A stretch of 64,000 nucleotides of DNA from Mytilus trossulus (lineage: Eukaryota), in contig NC_086374.1 of assembly GCF_036588685.1 (NCBI RefSeq), forward strand, positions 100,502,001-100,566,000, given 5' to 3'. Under the pieces are notes generated by a model. The model was not told the origin of the DNA, did not search any database, and saw nothing but the letters and a program-made list of their open reading frames with translations. The translations under genes were made by a program, and so were the position numbers. Every line of letters starts with the position of its first letter. The first letter of the stretch is position 1. This document shows, in pieces, positions 40,031 through 53,955 of this stretch.

Positions 40031-40268
40031 GGTGGTACCCAACATTTTAACTACAATTAATTTGGCTCTTTTAATTTTCATAAAATTTTGTCAAAGTAAA
40101 TCCTTTATCAAAAATTTCAAAATTTCAAGTATTGGAACTAACCGTTTTGTCAGAAAAATTACATTGGTTATATAGCAGTTTATCATTAATATTCCTTTTA
40201 CAACACAACGTAATTAAAACGTTTGGAAGACTTTACAGAGTTATCTCCCTGTAGTGTTAGGTACCACA
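40031..40268. mobile_element. MITE with TTAA TSD (Kolobok-like termini)
   Basis: TTAA-ggtggtacccaacatt ... agtgttaggtaccaca-TTAA. Confidence 0.75.
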
Positions 40269-40298
40269 TTAAGGATTCTTCGATACTGGAAGGTATGT

Positions 40299-40632
40299 TC
40301 ATATCTCGATCTCATCTTCGATTTACATATAAGGACGACTTTAAACTAAAATCTATGAAAACACGAGATTACTAGTATTTCATTTTTTCCAATTGTCAGC
40401 ATCTCAATTTTTCTGCAGTAACATCCTGCCCCATTGTGCGTCGTAGATACCTCTCAGTTAATTCGTTACGCTCGTACACACTTAATGCCCACCATTACCG
40501 AGGGTGTGCTACTTACACAAAAACTGCTCAAACAAAGTAAAAAGAAAAAACAACTGAAACTGACACAACATAAATTTTACATTCACCATCACGCATTTAT
40601 TGACTAATAAGACATGCCTTTGTCTCAACTTA
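40299..40632 (+). pseudogene. Decayed Penelope-like-element reverse transcriptase C-terminal fragment
   Basis: Frameshifted translation yields SYLDL..TKIYE..FPIV..CSNI..SQLIRYAR..LTQKLLKQ..KFYIHHH. This matches the PLE RT thumb region (KLYDKRDDFNFPIVNFPFL.SNIP...YISQLIRYAR). Confidence 0.7.
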
Positions 40633-41759
40633 ATAGCGCCGTTTTTTGCTATGATAAATCTTACATAACAGAATAATCATTTTATTTGGGATTTTACCTA
40701 TTGAGTCCTATTTCAAATTATGACGTTTGACTGTGTTTGGATTAAATCAAGAAGCGTACCATATTGACACAACCTGTCTTGCTTCTTTTGAAGTTCATGT
40801 TATTCCCTGAATCTGTTTCATTGATTTTCTGTTTTAATATATTTTTAAAAAAGAGACTGAACATCGGTTCACTACTGTTAATGAGGAATTTGATGCGACT
40901 GTCATACAAAAGAAGTTTAACTATCTATAAAACCAGGTTTAATACACCATTTTCTACATAGAAGAAAATGTTTGTATCAAGTCAGGAATATACAATTGTT
41001 ATCCATTTATTTGATGTGTTTGAGCTTTTCGTTTTGCCATTTGGTTAGAGCCTTTCTGTTTTGAATTTTTAAAATTTTTATTGGTTTCATTAGCGCAGTC
41101 TTTAGATTTCCATGAAGTTATTTGTAGCATTTTGTTTGACCTTCGTCGTACTCCACATTTTGTCATGTCATTATCTGCTTTTGCTTGTCCCTGAGTATCT
41201 TTCTTGGTAACAAAAATACATTTAGTGAAGCTATTTACGTCACTCTTGACGATATCTGTGTACGGATTAGAATTTTGGAGGATGAAAGATCACAGCTAAA
41301 TAACTTTATCTGTATTCCATATTAAAAACATCACAAGAACTTTTCAAATATTTAAGCCTGAAACTATCAAACTAAAACCGTCTCTCTAGATGCAAAAAAA
41401 ATATCGAGCACTATAATAATCAGAAACTAGAGACTAATTGGTCAGATCCTACGGAGAGAGAAAAATGACGATACTCCATTTGACCAAAGAAGGTAAACGA
41501 ACGGAAGGAATGTCTAGAATAGCACGGAGACGAACTGTAGAGGCAGAAGTAATGGCAGCATCAACGAACATCGGGCATTCTAAATAAAATTACTAACAAC
41601 CGACAAAAGAAGAAGGAAAGTAATTAAGACAATTGTGTTGTTCTCTATTTCAATGGTCGCACTAATTTTCCTTACATGCCTGAGGCAATAATGTAGGTGT
41701 AATTTCAGAATACATCATCACAGGTTATTTTGGTTGTAATCGGTATGATGGTGATTGAG

Positions 41760-42329
41760 GGTGAGAATTTTTATTTATTTTTTGCATTCAAAGGACCTTG
41801 AGTAGACAGATCATTGTCCACCCATTTCATTGCTGTGGATCCATATGCTGGGACTATATGTATATGAACAACAGACAATAGTCGTTTATTAAGATTGGTG
41901 CGAGTGCACCTACCATGTGTCATGTGCGGGATTCGAACTCACAACATCTGTGTTGACTGGCTAATGATCATTATCGGACCGCGGATAATTTTCGTTTTGA
42001 TTGGCTTACAGCCATGAGTTGGTGACCCCTATTGATCCGTAGGGGGTAAGTAAATTTCAGAGGTGGTTCCTGACGTCACGTTAACAGTTACGTCATCTAA
42101 TAATGTTTTTGTTTTTCTTTATTTATTTTTTCAACAAAACAAGAAGAAAACGTTCAGCGTGCGATTAATTCGTTATACGGTAAACTTATACCCCCTACGG
42201 ACCATTGAATGTGAATAAAATTCATAGGAGATTCGGCCTTCGACCTCACCTCCTATGGATTTTACTTACCCTTTATAGATCCGGACCTATAATAGTTAGA
42301 CTACTTAGACTTCTCTACCATCGAAAGCC
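41760..42329 (-). mobile_element. tRNA-derived SINE interrupted by a foldback element
   Basis: Minus strand has an A-box-like TGGTAGAGAAGTCTAAG (~42320-42304) and a B box GAGTTCGAATCCC (41940-41928), separated by the insertion 41970-42293. The 3' boundary is approximate. Confidence 0.6.
41970..42293. mobile_element. Non-autonomous foldback element with internal inverted repeats
   Basis: attat...ataat ends. Inverted pairs ccgtaggggg/ccccctacgg, gggtaagtaaa/tttacttaccc and cataggag/ctcctatg. Confidence 0.65.
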
Positions 42330-43142
42330 ATTTTTGTTAACGAAATAATCTTATATTCTAATATGATGATAAATTTATGGACAAAACTTATAGGTTGAAC
42401 AACTATACAATCATATGTATATGATTTTTAAATATCTTGTCGTTAAATGTAAGCATTATTTCAAAAGTTCAGAGAAATAATTGCTAATTAATATTCACAA
42501 AGATTGTCGTTTTTAAAGCATTTGAGAGCAGTTCGGATGTTGTGTGTAACAACAGGAATGCATTTGTTTTACGTTGGTTGTAAATCAATGGTCTTTCCTT
42601 GAAATGGAAAGGAGTATTCTTATTATGCATGCCTTGCTTTCTTTCTGATTCAAAGGTTTACGGACAGCTAATTTGCCAAAACACACACAGTGTGTATTAT
42701 ACATAATCACAAAAAGGAGTCGATGTATATTGGTCTATAGATACTCTCGCGGTTAAAATATACGCCAGCAGAGGCAAATAATTTGTTTTTTTTAAGTTAC
42801 ACAATATATACAATAACCATGGAAGTTTTCGGGTTGAAATGTTTTTCAACTAAGGTTTTGATTGGCCCTCGAACTGTTTTGATTTGAGTATCACCGATAT
42901 TTTGTATGTATAGTCGAGGCGCGCGTCTGTCGTAACTAATGATATAAGCCTCGATTTTTACACCAGTTTATAGGAATAAGGTTATTGAATAATGCACAGT
43001 TATACCCCAATAGGGTAGAAGGCATACATTAATCATCAAAATAAGTTTACAATACATCATAAAAGAACAGAACAATATGCAGATGCAGTTGTTGAGTCAA
43101 TCCTCCTCGGTGACCATGACTTTTGTGGATATTTTGATTTGA

Positions 43143-43186
43143 GCGTCAATGATGAGTCTTATGTAGACGAAACGCGCGTCTGGCGT
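43143..43186 (+). ncRNA. Hammerhead ribozyme copy with C3A core mutation (AUGAUGA)
   Basis: Otherwise identical to 23090-23133. Confidence 0.8.
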
Positions 43187-46100
43187 ACTAAATTATAATC
43201 CTGGTACCTTTGATAACTAATTAAACAAATGGAGCAGCCTATTTCATAATTGATAGACACGAAAGACATACAACCAATTCATCAAAATAATCTTTATTAT
43301 CTATACATATTGTAATAGGTTTTTTTTACTTTCTGTAAAAAATCAAGTCTCAGATCTCCATTTTTTAGTGGGTTGCATTCTCGTTTTTTTGCACTTTAGG
43401 TTTTTCTGTAGTTTCGTTGTTTTCCTCATCTATTTTATATTTATATATATAGGGGTTCATGTTGCAATGAAGTCATTTTGTTACAAACGTGCAAATTTTA
43501 CATTTATTTGTCTAGTTTTGCATTGAAGGGGATTGCTAACCAAATTGAATAAATGGGTATCTAAAAGACAAGATTTAGTTTAACTTTCTACTTAATGTTG
43601 GTTTTTGTTAAGATTTGAGCATCTGTTAATGTTTGAAATACACAAATACTTTTAATTAGCTTACTTATTTTTATGCCAGGAGGCAAGTAGCAAACATTTT
43701 TTTGGGGTCCAATACAAGCTCGAAATAAAGATATGATAAATTTCACGCGTCCGAGGCGTTTTATTTCTATTTACCTTTATCATGAACGTTCAAAGCCAAA
43801 TTTGTTTAGGAACCGAAACAGTTGAAGAGCCAAATAAATAAAGGAACCTAAACATTGCCAAATCCATCTTGGATACCCTCTGAAACTGATATTACACAAG
43901 CAGAGGTATCGACACAGTGATGTAAATAATGCAAACAACACTTTAAAAAATTCATTTGTCAACTATGAATCAGCATACCAACAGCATCAAAACCTCCAAA
44001 AGCTCATTTTTGCCCCAGCAATAACATGCTTAGTTTTGAATAAGAAAAGAGGCAGACAACACTTATTATTTAAATAATGACAATACTCCCGCAATATGAC
44101 ATTATAGGTGGATGATAAGCATGTGGTAAAATTGTTCACTAACAGCAACACCATACTAATGTTATTACGAAAAATTTTTAATTTTGTTTGGAAAGCATAA
44201 AAAAGTTTAGCGATAAAATCAAAAATTGCTTACATAACGTAATGGCTGTCCTAAGTTAGGACTATACTAATTGTTTGTCCATTCGTTTGATGTGTTTAAG
44301 CTTTTGATTTTAGCATTTGATTACAACGTTTCCGTTTTGAATTTGCCTCGGAGCTCAATATTTTTGGGATTTTACTTTTTCAAAAATATTTTTATTGGTT
44401 TCATTTAGCGCAGTCTTTAAATTTCTATGTAGTTATTTGTGGCATTTTGTTTGACCTTATATTTTGTCATGTCATTATCTGCTTTTGCTTGTCCCTGAGT
44501 ATCTTTCTTGGTAACAAAAATACATTTAGGGAAGCTATTAACGTCACTAGTGACGATATTTGTGAATGGATTAGAATTTTGGAGGATGAAAGATCACGGC
44601 TAAACATACTTTATCTGTATTCCATATTAAAACATCATAATGATAAAGGATTTTCCAATATGATTTTTGTTGGAGATCGGTTTTTGTGTTATTTTACTTT
44701 TACAATAAACACAAATATTTGTGGAGGTAAATTTAGATTCAGGTAGTTGCAGTCTTATTTTGCGTGCAATTAAATGATACTACCAAAAAATATTAAACGA
44801 AACGAATTGAAAGTTGATCAGTAAGTATTTTGTGATCGTAAAGTGTTTGATAATTAAAAGATTTGAGGCCATTTATTGGAAATGCAGCTCCATTTACGAT
44901 AGTTGTAAATTGTAATTATCATTTTCAGTAATGCTTGCTTTTCTTCTCAATTGTAATATTAAAAGAAGAAAGTTAAAGGTGTTTCATTTCGAATTACGTA
45001 AACATCAAGACGAAATTACCTAACATACAACCACATTTAAAGATTATTTTAAAAATAACTTCAAAGTACTTTATTTAGAAAGTATTTTATCAAATATTTT
45101 GCTTACATTTGTCTTTTATCTCGTTATCTATGTCGTGTTTTCCAGGTATGAGTTTTTAATTTTAAAGGTTTATTCAGTCCTATGGTATCCTATGAATTAT
45201 ATGTTATATTTTTTTATCCTCGTGGTGTTTTGGCTGTTGTTTGGTCCGTTTCTGTGTGTGTTGCGTTTCGGTGTTGTGTCGTTGTTCTCCTCTTATATTT
45301 AATGCGTTTCCCTCGGTTTTAGTTTGTTATCCCGATTTTGTTTTTTGTCAATGGATTTATGAGTTTTGAACAGCGGTATACTACTGTTGCCTTTATTTGT
45401 AGACAAAACGCGGGCCTGGCTAACAATATTGTAAGCTTGCGTTTTATGGTGAGAATACTACCAATAAGTTCAAAACTATCCCATAAAACTAATATAAAAA
45501 AATTCCTAAAACAACTCTTCATGCCACATTCTGCCGTCTGATATTACACAATTTCTGTTTATTTACATCTTTTCCAAAATAATATATATAACGATAGAAA
45601 AATATCCAATAAATATTTAAATATTTTTTATTTCTCAACTTTCCGTGTAATATTTAAATCGCCCATATGTTTTATTTTTTGCGCCCCTTTTCATGTTGAA
45701 ACTCCGTTTGTTTTCAATACTAACCTTATCATCATAGTGTATAAATATGAAATGTTAATTATGTATATTTTAGAAATAATAATGTTGTTACATGATTGAC
45801 AATTTTTATATTCAACATCTTACAAAAGGAAATGCATATTCTCGAAATTTATTAAAATGTCAAAAATATTGTCATAGATACTACAGATATTAAAATGACG
45901 ATCGTCAATATGGAGAAAAGTGGCGTCACAAAAGAAAGCGTATTTTGAGAAATGGAAATTCATTATTCTGTCATAAATGGAAATTACTTTTTGTTTACTT
46001 TTCTTGAATTTTTATTTTCAATAAATTTACCATTCCATAATAAAATGACATATTACACCATACAACAATAGTTATTATTTGTTTTTAAGTATATATTTGA

Positions 46101-47907
46101 AAACTGATTCATGATTTCTTAACGATCGGAAATTAAAAAGGACAAATTTGACACATGATCTAAGCATTAATTAATTAATCATTGTTTCCAGTTACGCAAA
46201 TTAAACTATTGTATAACCTCCGTCTTAGGATTGCAACTTTTTTTGTCATTTGTTGGATAATCAAGGTATGGTTTTATCTAGGCTCGTGTGGGGTATAGTT
46301 TGTTGTTGTATAGCTTCGATTCTTAAATTCTCGAACAAAAGAATTTCTGAAAGAAAATTGAAAAATATTTCATTTGCCATACAATTTTAGAGGAAAAAAT
46401 TGATTGAAATTTGGATGAACAAAATCCTAATACAACTGTTTCGATTAACACTAAAGCATGTCCGTCTATTGAAAGATATCCCATAAACCAACACAAAAGA
46501 TAAATGACCGATACCTGAAAAAAATGTGTGCATTAACTTCTTGAACGTTAGAGTCTAAAGCCATAAATGTCGTATAAACAAAATTGTTATGGGGAAACAA
46601 AAAATATGTTTCAATGAAGTACAAAGTATAATTTTAAAAACAAGGAGATCTGGTAAATAAATCATTTTGTAAACTTGGATATTGAAACATTGTTTATAAA
46701 CTTTATTTTGTGAAACATGTACCTATCATATTCAAAGCTAAATGTAAATCAACAATTGGAAATGAGTTGATCACATCTCTCGGTCATACTGACCTCTTGG
46801 AAACGGACAAACCACATAATAAGATAGTCATTTAAATTAATAGTATAGCGGGTTTCTTTTCACTTCGCTCCCAATGTGGTCATTTTGTTAAGGGAGACGG
46901 AATTACATAAGTTTCTCTTGATTCCGAATCACTGCATTTTTATTTTATAATTGTAATTTGTGCTACTGTTAAAACTAAACAAAATAAAGAAGAATGTTTT
47001 CATCTTCTTTTCTATATAGCAAAAAGTAAAATCAAAAAAATACTGAACTTCGAGGAAATTTGAAATCGGAAAGTCCTTAATCAAATAAGAAAATCAAACA
47101 CATCAAACAAATGTTATATTCCCGACATGGTATATTTATTTTCTCTGTGGAAAATGGTGGATTAAACTTTGTTTTTAAAGCTAGGTAAACCTTTCACTTG
47201 TTCGACAGTCGTATATTGACAAAGAGGTGTGAACAAAACAAACCACTATGTGGATAATACAGCTGCCTGCAATGTTTGCTTCGTTTCGCATTCCATTCGT
47301 ATTCCATTTTTTTTGGGTATGTATATTAATTATAAACTTTGTTTTATCTCATTTTAGACTTGAACACCAGTAAGCCAATTCATAAAATCATATTGTTTTT
47401 ATTTTCCGGTTATAAGATTTTCCTTAACAAAAAATAAATTAAATAACTTTTCTCCTTCTCACAAAATCACCCCTTAAATTACAACTTATAGAAACTGAAA
47501 ACAACACATTTTGTAGGGTTATTTTCCTGCGGTTAACCCTTTGCAGTCTATTATTCGATGGTTCATGTTATTGCTTATCTATCTTCATTAGTGTACTTAT
47601 ATAAAAAGAGATATATTTGTTAACTAATTGAGACGATTTATATTCCCGTTATATTTTAAAAAAATGCGAACATAAATTGTTTTTCAGGGATTTTTTACAT
47701 TACCGCGTAAGGAACTAGTGCACTAGTGTTGGTCTTTCCTAATTTAAAAAGTGTTATGTTTTTGCATAGTCCTTTTGTTTTGCTACAATATAGTACATAT
47801 TCCAACAATTACATACTGAAATTAATTTAACAATTTAAAATGATTAAGGAAGTCTGCTGCTCAATTTCATAATAAATAACTTTCCATAAAACTAGTATAT
47901 ATTGATT

Positions 47908-48180
47908 GTGACCTACCGAATAAGACTATTTACCGGATTTGTAATCTCTTAAGCAACACGAAGGGTGCCACATGTGGAGCAGGATATGCTTATCCTTCCG
48001 GAGCACCTGAGATCACCCCTAGTTTTTGGTGGGGTTCGTGTTGTTTATTCTTTAGTTTTCTATGTTGTGTCATGTGTAGTATTGTTTTTATGTGTGTTTT
48101 TTTCAATTTTAGCCATGGCGTTGTCAGTTTGTTTTAGATTTATGAGTTTGACTGTCCCTTTGGTATCTTTCGTCCCTCTT
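47908..48180 (+). repeat. Dispersed repeat (gtgccacatgtggagcagga...gagcacctgagatcacccc...), probably Penelope-related 3' region; inverted copies 54695-54918, decayed at ~50190-50340 and 53285-53408
   Basis: Direct comparison of the copies within the window. Confidence 0.7.
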
Positions 48181-50616
48181 GTGAAAGGGGATAAATTGAA
48201 GAATCAAAAAAGCACAAAATTAAAAGGGGTCAATGTGCTTGTTTTTGAGATATAAGCCAGTTTTGTCACCTTTCCCAGGCTGCATCGATATCAATATATA
48301 TTGTTTTAAACAGAAAGATGATTGACGACCTTGTTTGAAGTTAATGTATTACTAGAAAAGAGTTTTTATCTGGGGGTAACGAGAATGACGACTTGTTCAT
48401 ATTAAATCCCTCGGAGTATTTCAAGATTATGATGAGAATATATATTTTTTTATGCCAAGAAACTATTAAATGCTGGTAGCACAATGTCCACTCAGTCGAC
48501 AGTGGAACAAATTGTAGAATGCATTGCTTTGTGTTCAAAACATGAACAGTCATCAAGCTATTGTTATACAAAGTGTCAATGAGTGTGTTGTGCAATAAAG
48601 TATCACCAATGAATATTTATGGTGTTTATATGACTTAAAAGTCTTTACAAAACATTGTTCTGGTATTTTAAAGATAAGACTATCCTTGCATATGTTACCA
48701 ATTCATGACTGTTTGGTCATGCAAAGAACCATGCCGAACATTTATAGTTGTATCAGCTGGTTATTGGAAACAGAGCCGGAACAAATGAAAAATACATGAA
48801 AAAAGGTGTGAACGTGTTTTATAGTAATGACAATGAAAAATAATGATGACGATGGCAGAATTATGTGGAATCATATAAAAATGATGAAAAGGAAGCAATT
48901 AGCTCCCTTCTCATAAATTGGAAAAAGAATATTATGTTATATATCAGCAGATAAGAAAGGCAAACAGATGCATTTCAATCCCAAATACTGGATAATAAAT
49001 GGTTGACTATTTGTTTTATCTCGTCCCAAAATATGCATGTAGTGTTTGCAACTGAGTGTTATCAGTCATCAACCTTTGACGGAAAATATTCCTTTCGTAA
49101 TGTTTTCAAAGAGATATTGGTCTCATTCTGAGAAAATTTGACAATTTCATCAAGAAGTTTTTATTTAACACACTTAATATTTGTCAAATAATTCAGTTTA
49201 TACGCAGAAGCTATCGTTATGTATATATGCAAATAGTAATACAGTCAGCTAGAAAAAAGCAAGTCATATGAACATGAATTAAAGCAGTTTCGTGGACAGT
49301 GGTTGGTTTTCGGTAATATTTACGTTATTGTGTTAGGAAACAGTGCAATGGATCTGATTCTCATAATTTAAAAGTGTTATACTATTTGCATAGTGTTTTT
49401 GCAGCTTTGTTTCGCTACAGTATGTTAATACGATGAAATTATTTAACAATATTTAAAAATTCAGATTTTTCCACCGATTCTAAACTTCATCGAAAACAAT
49501 ATACATTATTATTAGCTAAAAAGACCATTGACAACCTCGTTCACGTTTATGTATTGCTAGAAACAAGTGTGTATCTAGAGGTAAGAATATAACGAGATGT
49601 TCATATTCAATCCGTCAGAGTTTTTCATGGTTCACTATTAGTATGTAAGATTATTCAAAAAATCGTTCGATGCTGTAGCATACCTGTTCAATCGGTCAAT
49701 AATGGAACAAATTTTGTATCGCATCATTTGTGTTCAACATTAATAAAGACTTCAATCCTTTTTATTTAATGTGTTAATAAGTGTATTGCGCAATAATTTA
49801 TCATAAATGAAAAAAAATTATGGCGGTTATATGACTGAAAAAATTTGACAAAATATTTTTTGGGTATTTAAATTATCCTTGCATATGTTACAAATTCATG
49901 ACTTTTTGGTCATGCAAAGAACCATGCATTATATTTATAGTTGTGTTAGCTGGCTATAGGAAATAGTGTTTGAATAGATAAGAAATACATGGAAGACTCG
50001 CTTTATAGTTATGACAATAGAAATGATGATGACGATGAAAGAATTCGTGGAATCACATACACATGATGATTACCAATTTTGCTCCCTATTTTTGAGGAAA
50101 TCTGAAAGTAAGAATTTGACCTCATATAAACATGTACATTAACGAAGAACTTTTATGTGGTAGCTTAACGGGCACAACATAGTGGTAATTAAAATGTGAC
50201 GAAAAGACACACTATAATCCCAATAGCACTACACAGAAAACTAACAAATTCCAACAAAAACCCTACCAAATAATTGAATTAATTCCGGAGAGGTCAGCAT
50301 GCAGGTCATCTTCCCCTAATGTCATTTGTCGTGCTACTTCCATCAAAATACGATTACCTGTCATATTCTGTGATTATGCATCATACAGAAACAGATTGGC
50401 TTATGTTTTGGTCTAAAAGTTAGACATCACCAAATTCATAAACCAACCATACATGTAAATACTTTAAAACTTTGTTCGAAGTATTCTAAGTCGAAAGTTA
50501 GTACATTTATCCTTTCGGTAATTTAGGTACTGTACAAAAGGAAATAGCAAAAAAAGACTAAGAAGTTATTTCTATACAATAATGTACTAATCAAATGACA
50601 AGGTAATGTTAATTAA

Positions 50617-51229
50617 GGGCATACGATACAGTTTTGATTCCATATTTAAATTTTGCTGACAACTTGCATATAGGCTATTTTATGACTGATTAAATCAAAT
50701 ATGTAATAAAAAAATCTACCTGTATGTGCTACTTTTGGAGTAAAATGAGGTTCTAATTTTATATTTTTGCACAAAATTCCAATTTTGGGACGTATTTTTC
50801 TTTTTGATAAATCTTTTATTGTTGTTTTAATGTAGATAAACACAAGCTGTTTTTTTTTTAAATTATTTGTAAATTCTGTTTTATAAAATATCCTTTTAAC
50901 TTGTGCAATTTGTTTTTGAAATAACTCATATTTGTCAAATGTTCACGACTGTAGATAAAAAAACGTAATTTTTTGCTGTATATTTATCAAATTTCAAAAT
51001 ATTGCACCATTTACGTTTTCATGACAATTGGCACACATAATCTTCTTACGTTATCAAACCAAATTGCATTTCTAAAAAGAGGGGTCCATGAATTCGTTTG
51101 CAAGTTAGATAAGTTTGAATAATAAAAATCAGTCGAAAACTGAATCTTTTCCCGATAAGTCATAGTTTGACGTCGCGAAAATAACATTTACGCTAGCAAC
51201 GTCATAACCTCCCCTGTAACTGTACCGTC
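50617..51229. mobile_element. Non-autonomous DNA transposon remnant (TTAA-gggcatacgatacagtt left end; partial right TIR aactgtaccgt)
   Basis: Partial inverted termini, with TTAA at the left end. Confidence 0.5.
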
Positions 51230-51488
51230 AATTTACATGTCGGGGTATGTCTCAATCATCAGAAGAGCAACTTTGCTTTTAATTGTTTTGGATAAGAAGC
51301 TGTCACATGTGGTTATCTCTTTGGCCATCTGTTGCTATCCGTGTTCTAAAATGGTTTTATTATTGTGATCAGTTGATATCAATGTGCATCAGTTGTGGAA
51401 ATTATAAAATCAAAAATTATTATGCACTTACATTTACTTAATTTGAAAACAATAATCTCATAATAACATCAACGGTACCAATTTTTCT

Positions 51489-51532
51489 GCACCAGATGCG
51501 CATTTCGACAAAACATGTCTCTTCGGTGATGC
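51489..51532 (-). ncRNA. Minimal hammerhead ribozyme, second family (U4C variant core CCGAAGA)
   Basis: Minus strand: GCAUCA-CCGAAGA-GACA(uguuu)UGUC-GAAAU-GCGC-AUC^-UGGUGC. Stems I, II and III all covary relative to the 23090 family. Confidence 0.8.
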
Positions 51533-52184
51533 TCACAGCCAAAATATTTGAAATCCAAAATTTATACAGATATGACTTTTATCTCTTTACCTATGAAAAT
51601 ATTAAAAAAAGATGAATGAATAATTAAAAAAAAAAAAAAAAAAAAAATAAAAGGGAATAACATTTAAAAAGACAAACACCAAAAAGTCATGTGAAACTTA
51701 TGCGTTAACATGCTGTGTATGAAACCGAGGCAAGTAAAGGATTGTCTCACTATCAAACTAAAAAGCAGATAGTTTAATATCATTAATCACGGGAAGGCCT
51801 TTGCTTTAGGGTGTCCTAGGATCTGTCCTAAGTCAAATTATATGATAAAATTAAGAATGAACTTTCGATTTTCCTCCTCTAGGATGTCTTTACGGCAATC
51901 CTAAGTTATGGAGCATAAGTAAACAACTAAGTTACATAAAAATTAAACTATATTTTAAGATAAAACTGCCCAATCGGCCAGTGACAATAATAATATTTAA
52001 ATAATCATTGAGTAAGAAATACTCACAGTATGATTAAAATAAAGGGGGAAAAACAGACCTTACTACGTTTCCAATGAAAATTGACCAGTTATGGGCAATT
52101 TTTTTTTGAGTGAGCTAAATTCAAAATAGCACAGTTTTATAAATAACCAAATATTGCGCACCATTCTAATAACTAAAGATAGGA

Positions 52185-52285
52185 TATAAAAAAAGAAGAT
52201 GTGGTATGATTGCCAATGAGACAACTATCCACAAAAGACCAAAATGACACAAACATTAACAATTATAGGTCACCGTACGGCCTTT
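52185..52285 (-). repeat. Abundant short dispersed repeat (gaaggccgtacggtgacctatagttgttaat...ttgtctcattggcaatcataccacatcttc); copies at ~4120-4210, 22910-23262, 25420-25670, 27595-27680, 37925-38670, 54375-54468, 57545-57690
   Basis: Recurrent sequence in both orientations. Two copies are interrupted by younger insertions. Confidence 0.85.
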
Positions 52286-53955
52286 TTTCAATACTCCCAA
52301 AAAACTTACAAGGGAATATGAACAAACGGAGAAATCCTAACTTTATAGACACCAAATAATAGAAACTCCTGAAATCTAATTTATTTCATTTTTTAGTAAA
52401 AGTTCAATGTTAAAAAGCCAATCGTGTTAAATAGAGGGGTTGGTATATAAATTTAGTAATATACAATTATATAGTCGTAATTTATGAGTAGATTAAGACA
52501 CCTTAACTGGTGTACTTTACTAAGAATCTATAAAACACTAACTTACGACATGTCTGGAAGAACTACTTAGGTCCAATATATGTCCTAAATGGTCTTAGGA
52601 CATGTCCTTATCATAAAAAGTGCTTCGATATTAATAACACTAATAATTATTGTTTATAATTTTCAGTAGTTGTTTTTACCTGTTCACATCGACATTATTC
52701 TGAATCGTCTGAAAAACTAATGAACAGTTCTGAATTGACTGCAAGCGAATAATCTGAATAAAACCTAGTTTACTGCAGTAGATAGCCTTCATAAACTCAT
52801 CATATATACCAGGATTAAAGTGTATGCTCTTTCCGACTACAAAAGACTCATTAATGACGCAAAATTGAATAGGCAAAGGCCACATAAAGAGCGAATTCTC
52901 GAATTTGAAGAGCATTTAGGAACCGAATAGGTTTTGTTTAATACAGCTAATGTAATATATATCTGGGGGTAAAAAAAAAATAATAAGAATTTAGAAAATT
53001 GTCTGGAATACTGAAGATGACTGAAAAATGTATTGATAACCTTTCCAGATGTTGAAGATAAAAATTACCGTTTAAATCAAAATTGGTTTACTAGTGTAAT
53101 GATTGAATTCAAACGTTGTTTTCGTTTTGTCTTCGCACTTACAGTTGATGCAAAAAAAGACAGATATATAGAAAATGAAATCAAAAGGACAGTAATATAA
53201 AATAGCCAGTGGTTGAGGTACTTAGAACATTCCTTGTCCAAAAGGGAAAAAAAAAATATAACATAAGTAAACAAAAAAATGTATTTAAACTAAGAAGTGG
53301 TGAAATGTACCGAAGGGACATTTAAACTTATAAGTCGAAATTAAAACTGACTACATGGCAAAATTAAAACAAAATCAACAATACACACAGCAGTTTACAA
53401 AACACAACCTGGATCTCTCTCTCCCTCTCTCTCTCTCTTGTGTCTCGTTCACTCTCCTTTCCTCTTTTTCTTCGTCTTCCATCGTGTTACGATCACTTGT
53501 ATCGTCCACTTACCTTATTATTGAGATCATTCACAATATCCCTTTTACGCCTACACACAACTTTGTTCGCTCACTCTCTCATTTGTTCGTCCCCTTCTTT
53601 ACATACTCTCGTTTATATGGACTAAAACTCGGTCGCTCACCATCTCCCTCGATAAACACGTATTCACCTCTCCTAGTGAATTCTCAATTCACTTCCCTGT
53701 AAATCATGTTAATCCTACCATGTGTCTTTCAGGGTAATGATTCGGTCCCAATACTTAAAATGATTCAATCCTTTATGGGTGGAATTTACATAGCTATATA
53801 ATTCGTACAATAAAATTAAGCAATAAATGAGGTTTTTAAATTTTAGTGCTACTTTGTTACAGTTGTTTGTTTTTATAGTAATGAAGAGGATTTTTTTAGA
53901 TGTGTACCTGTTGTGTCTTTGTTTTGGTCACGCATCGTTGTCAATTAAAGTTGAT

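Noticed and set aside
41928-41940. B box suggesting a tRNA gene
   Set aside because: No cloverleaf forms. It is a decayed SINE head split by an insertion.
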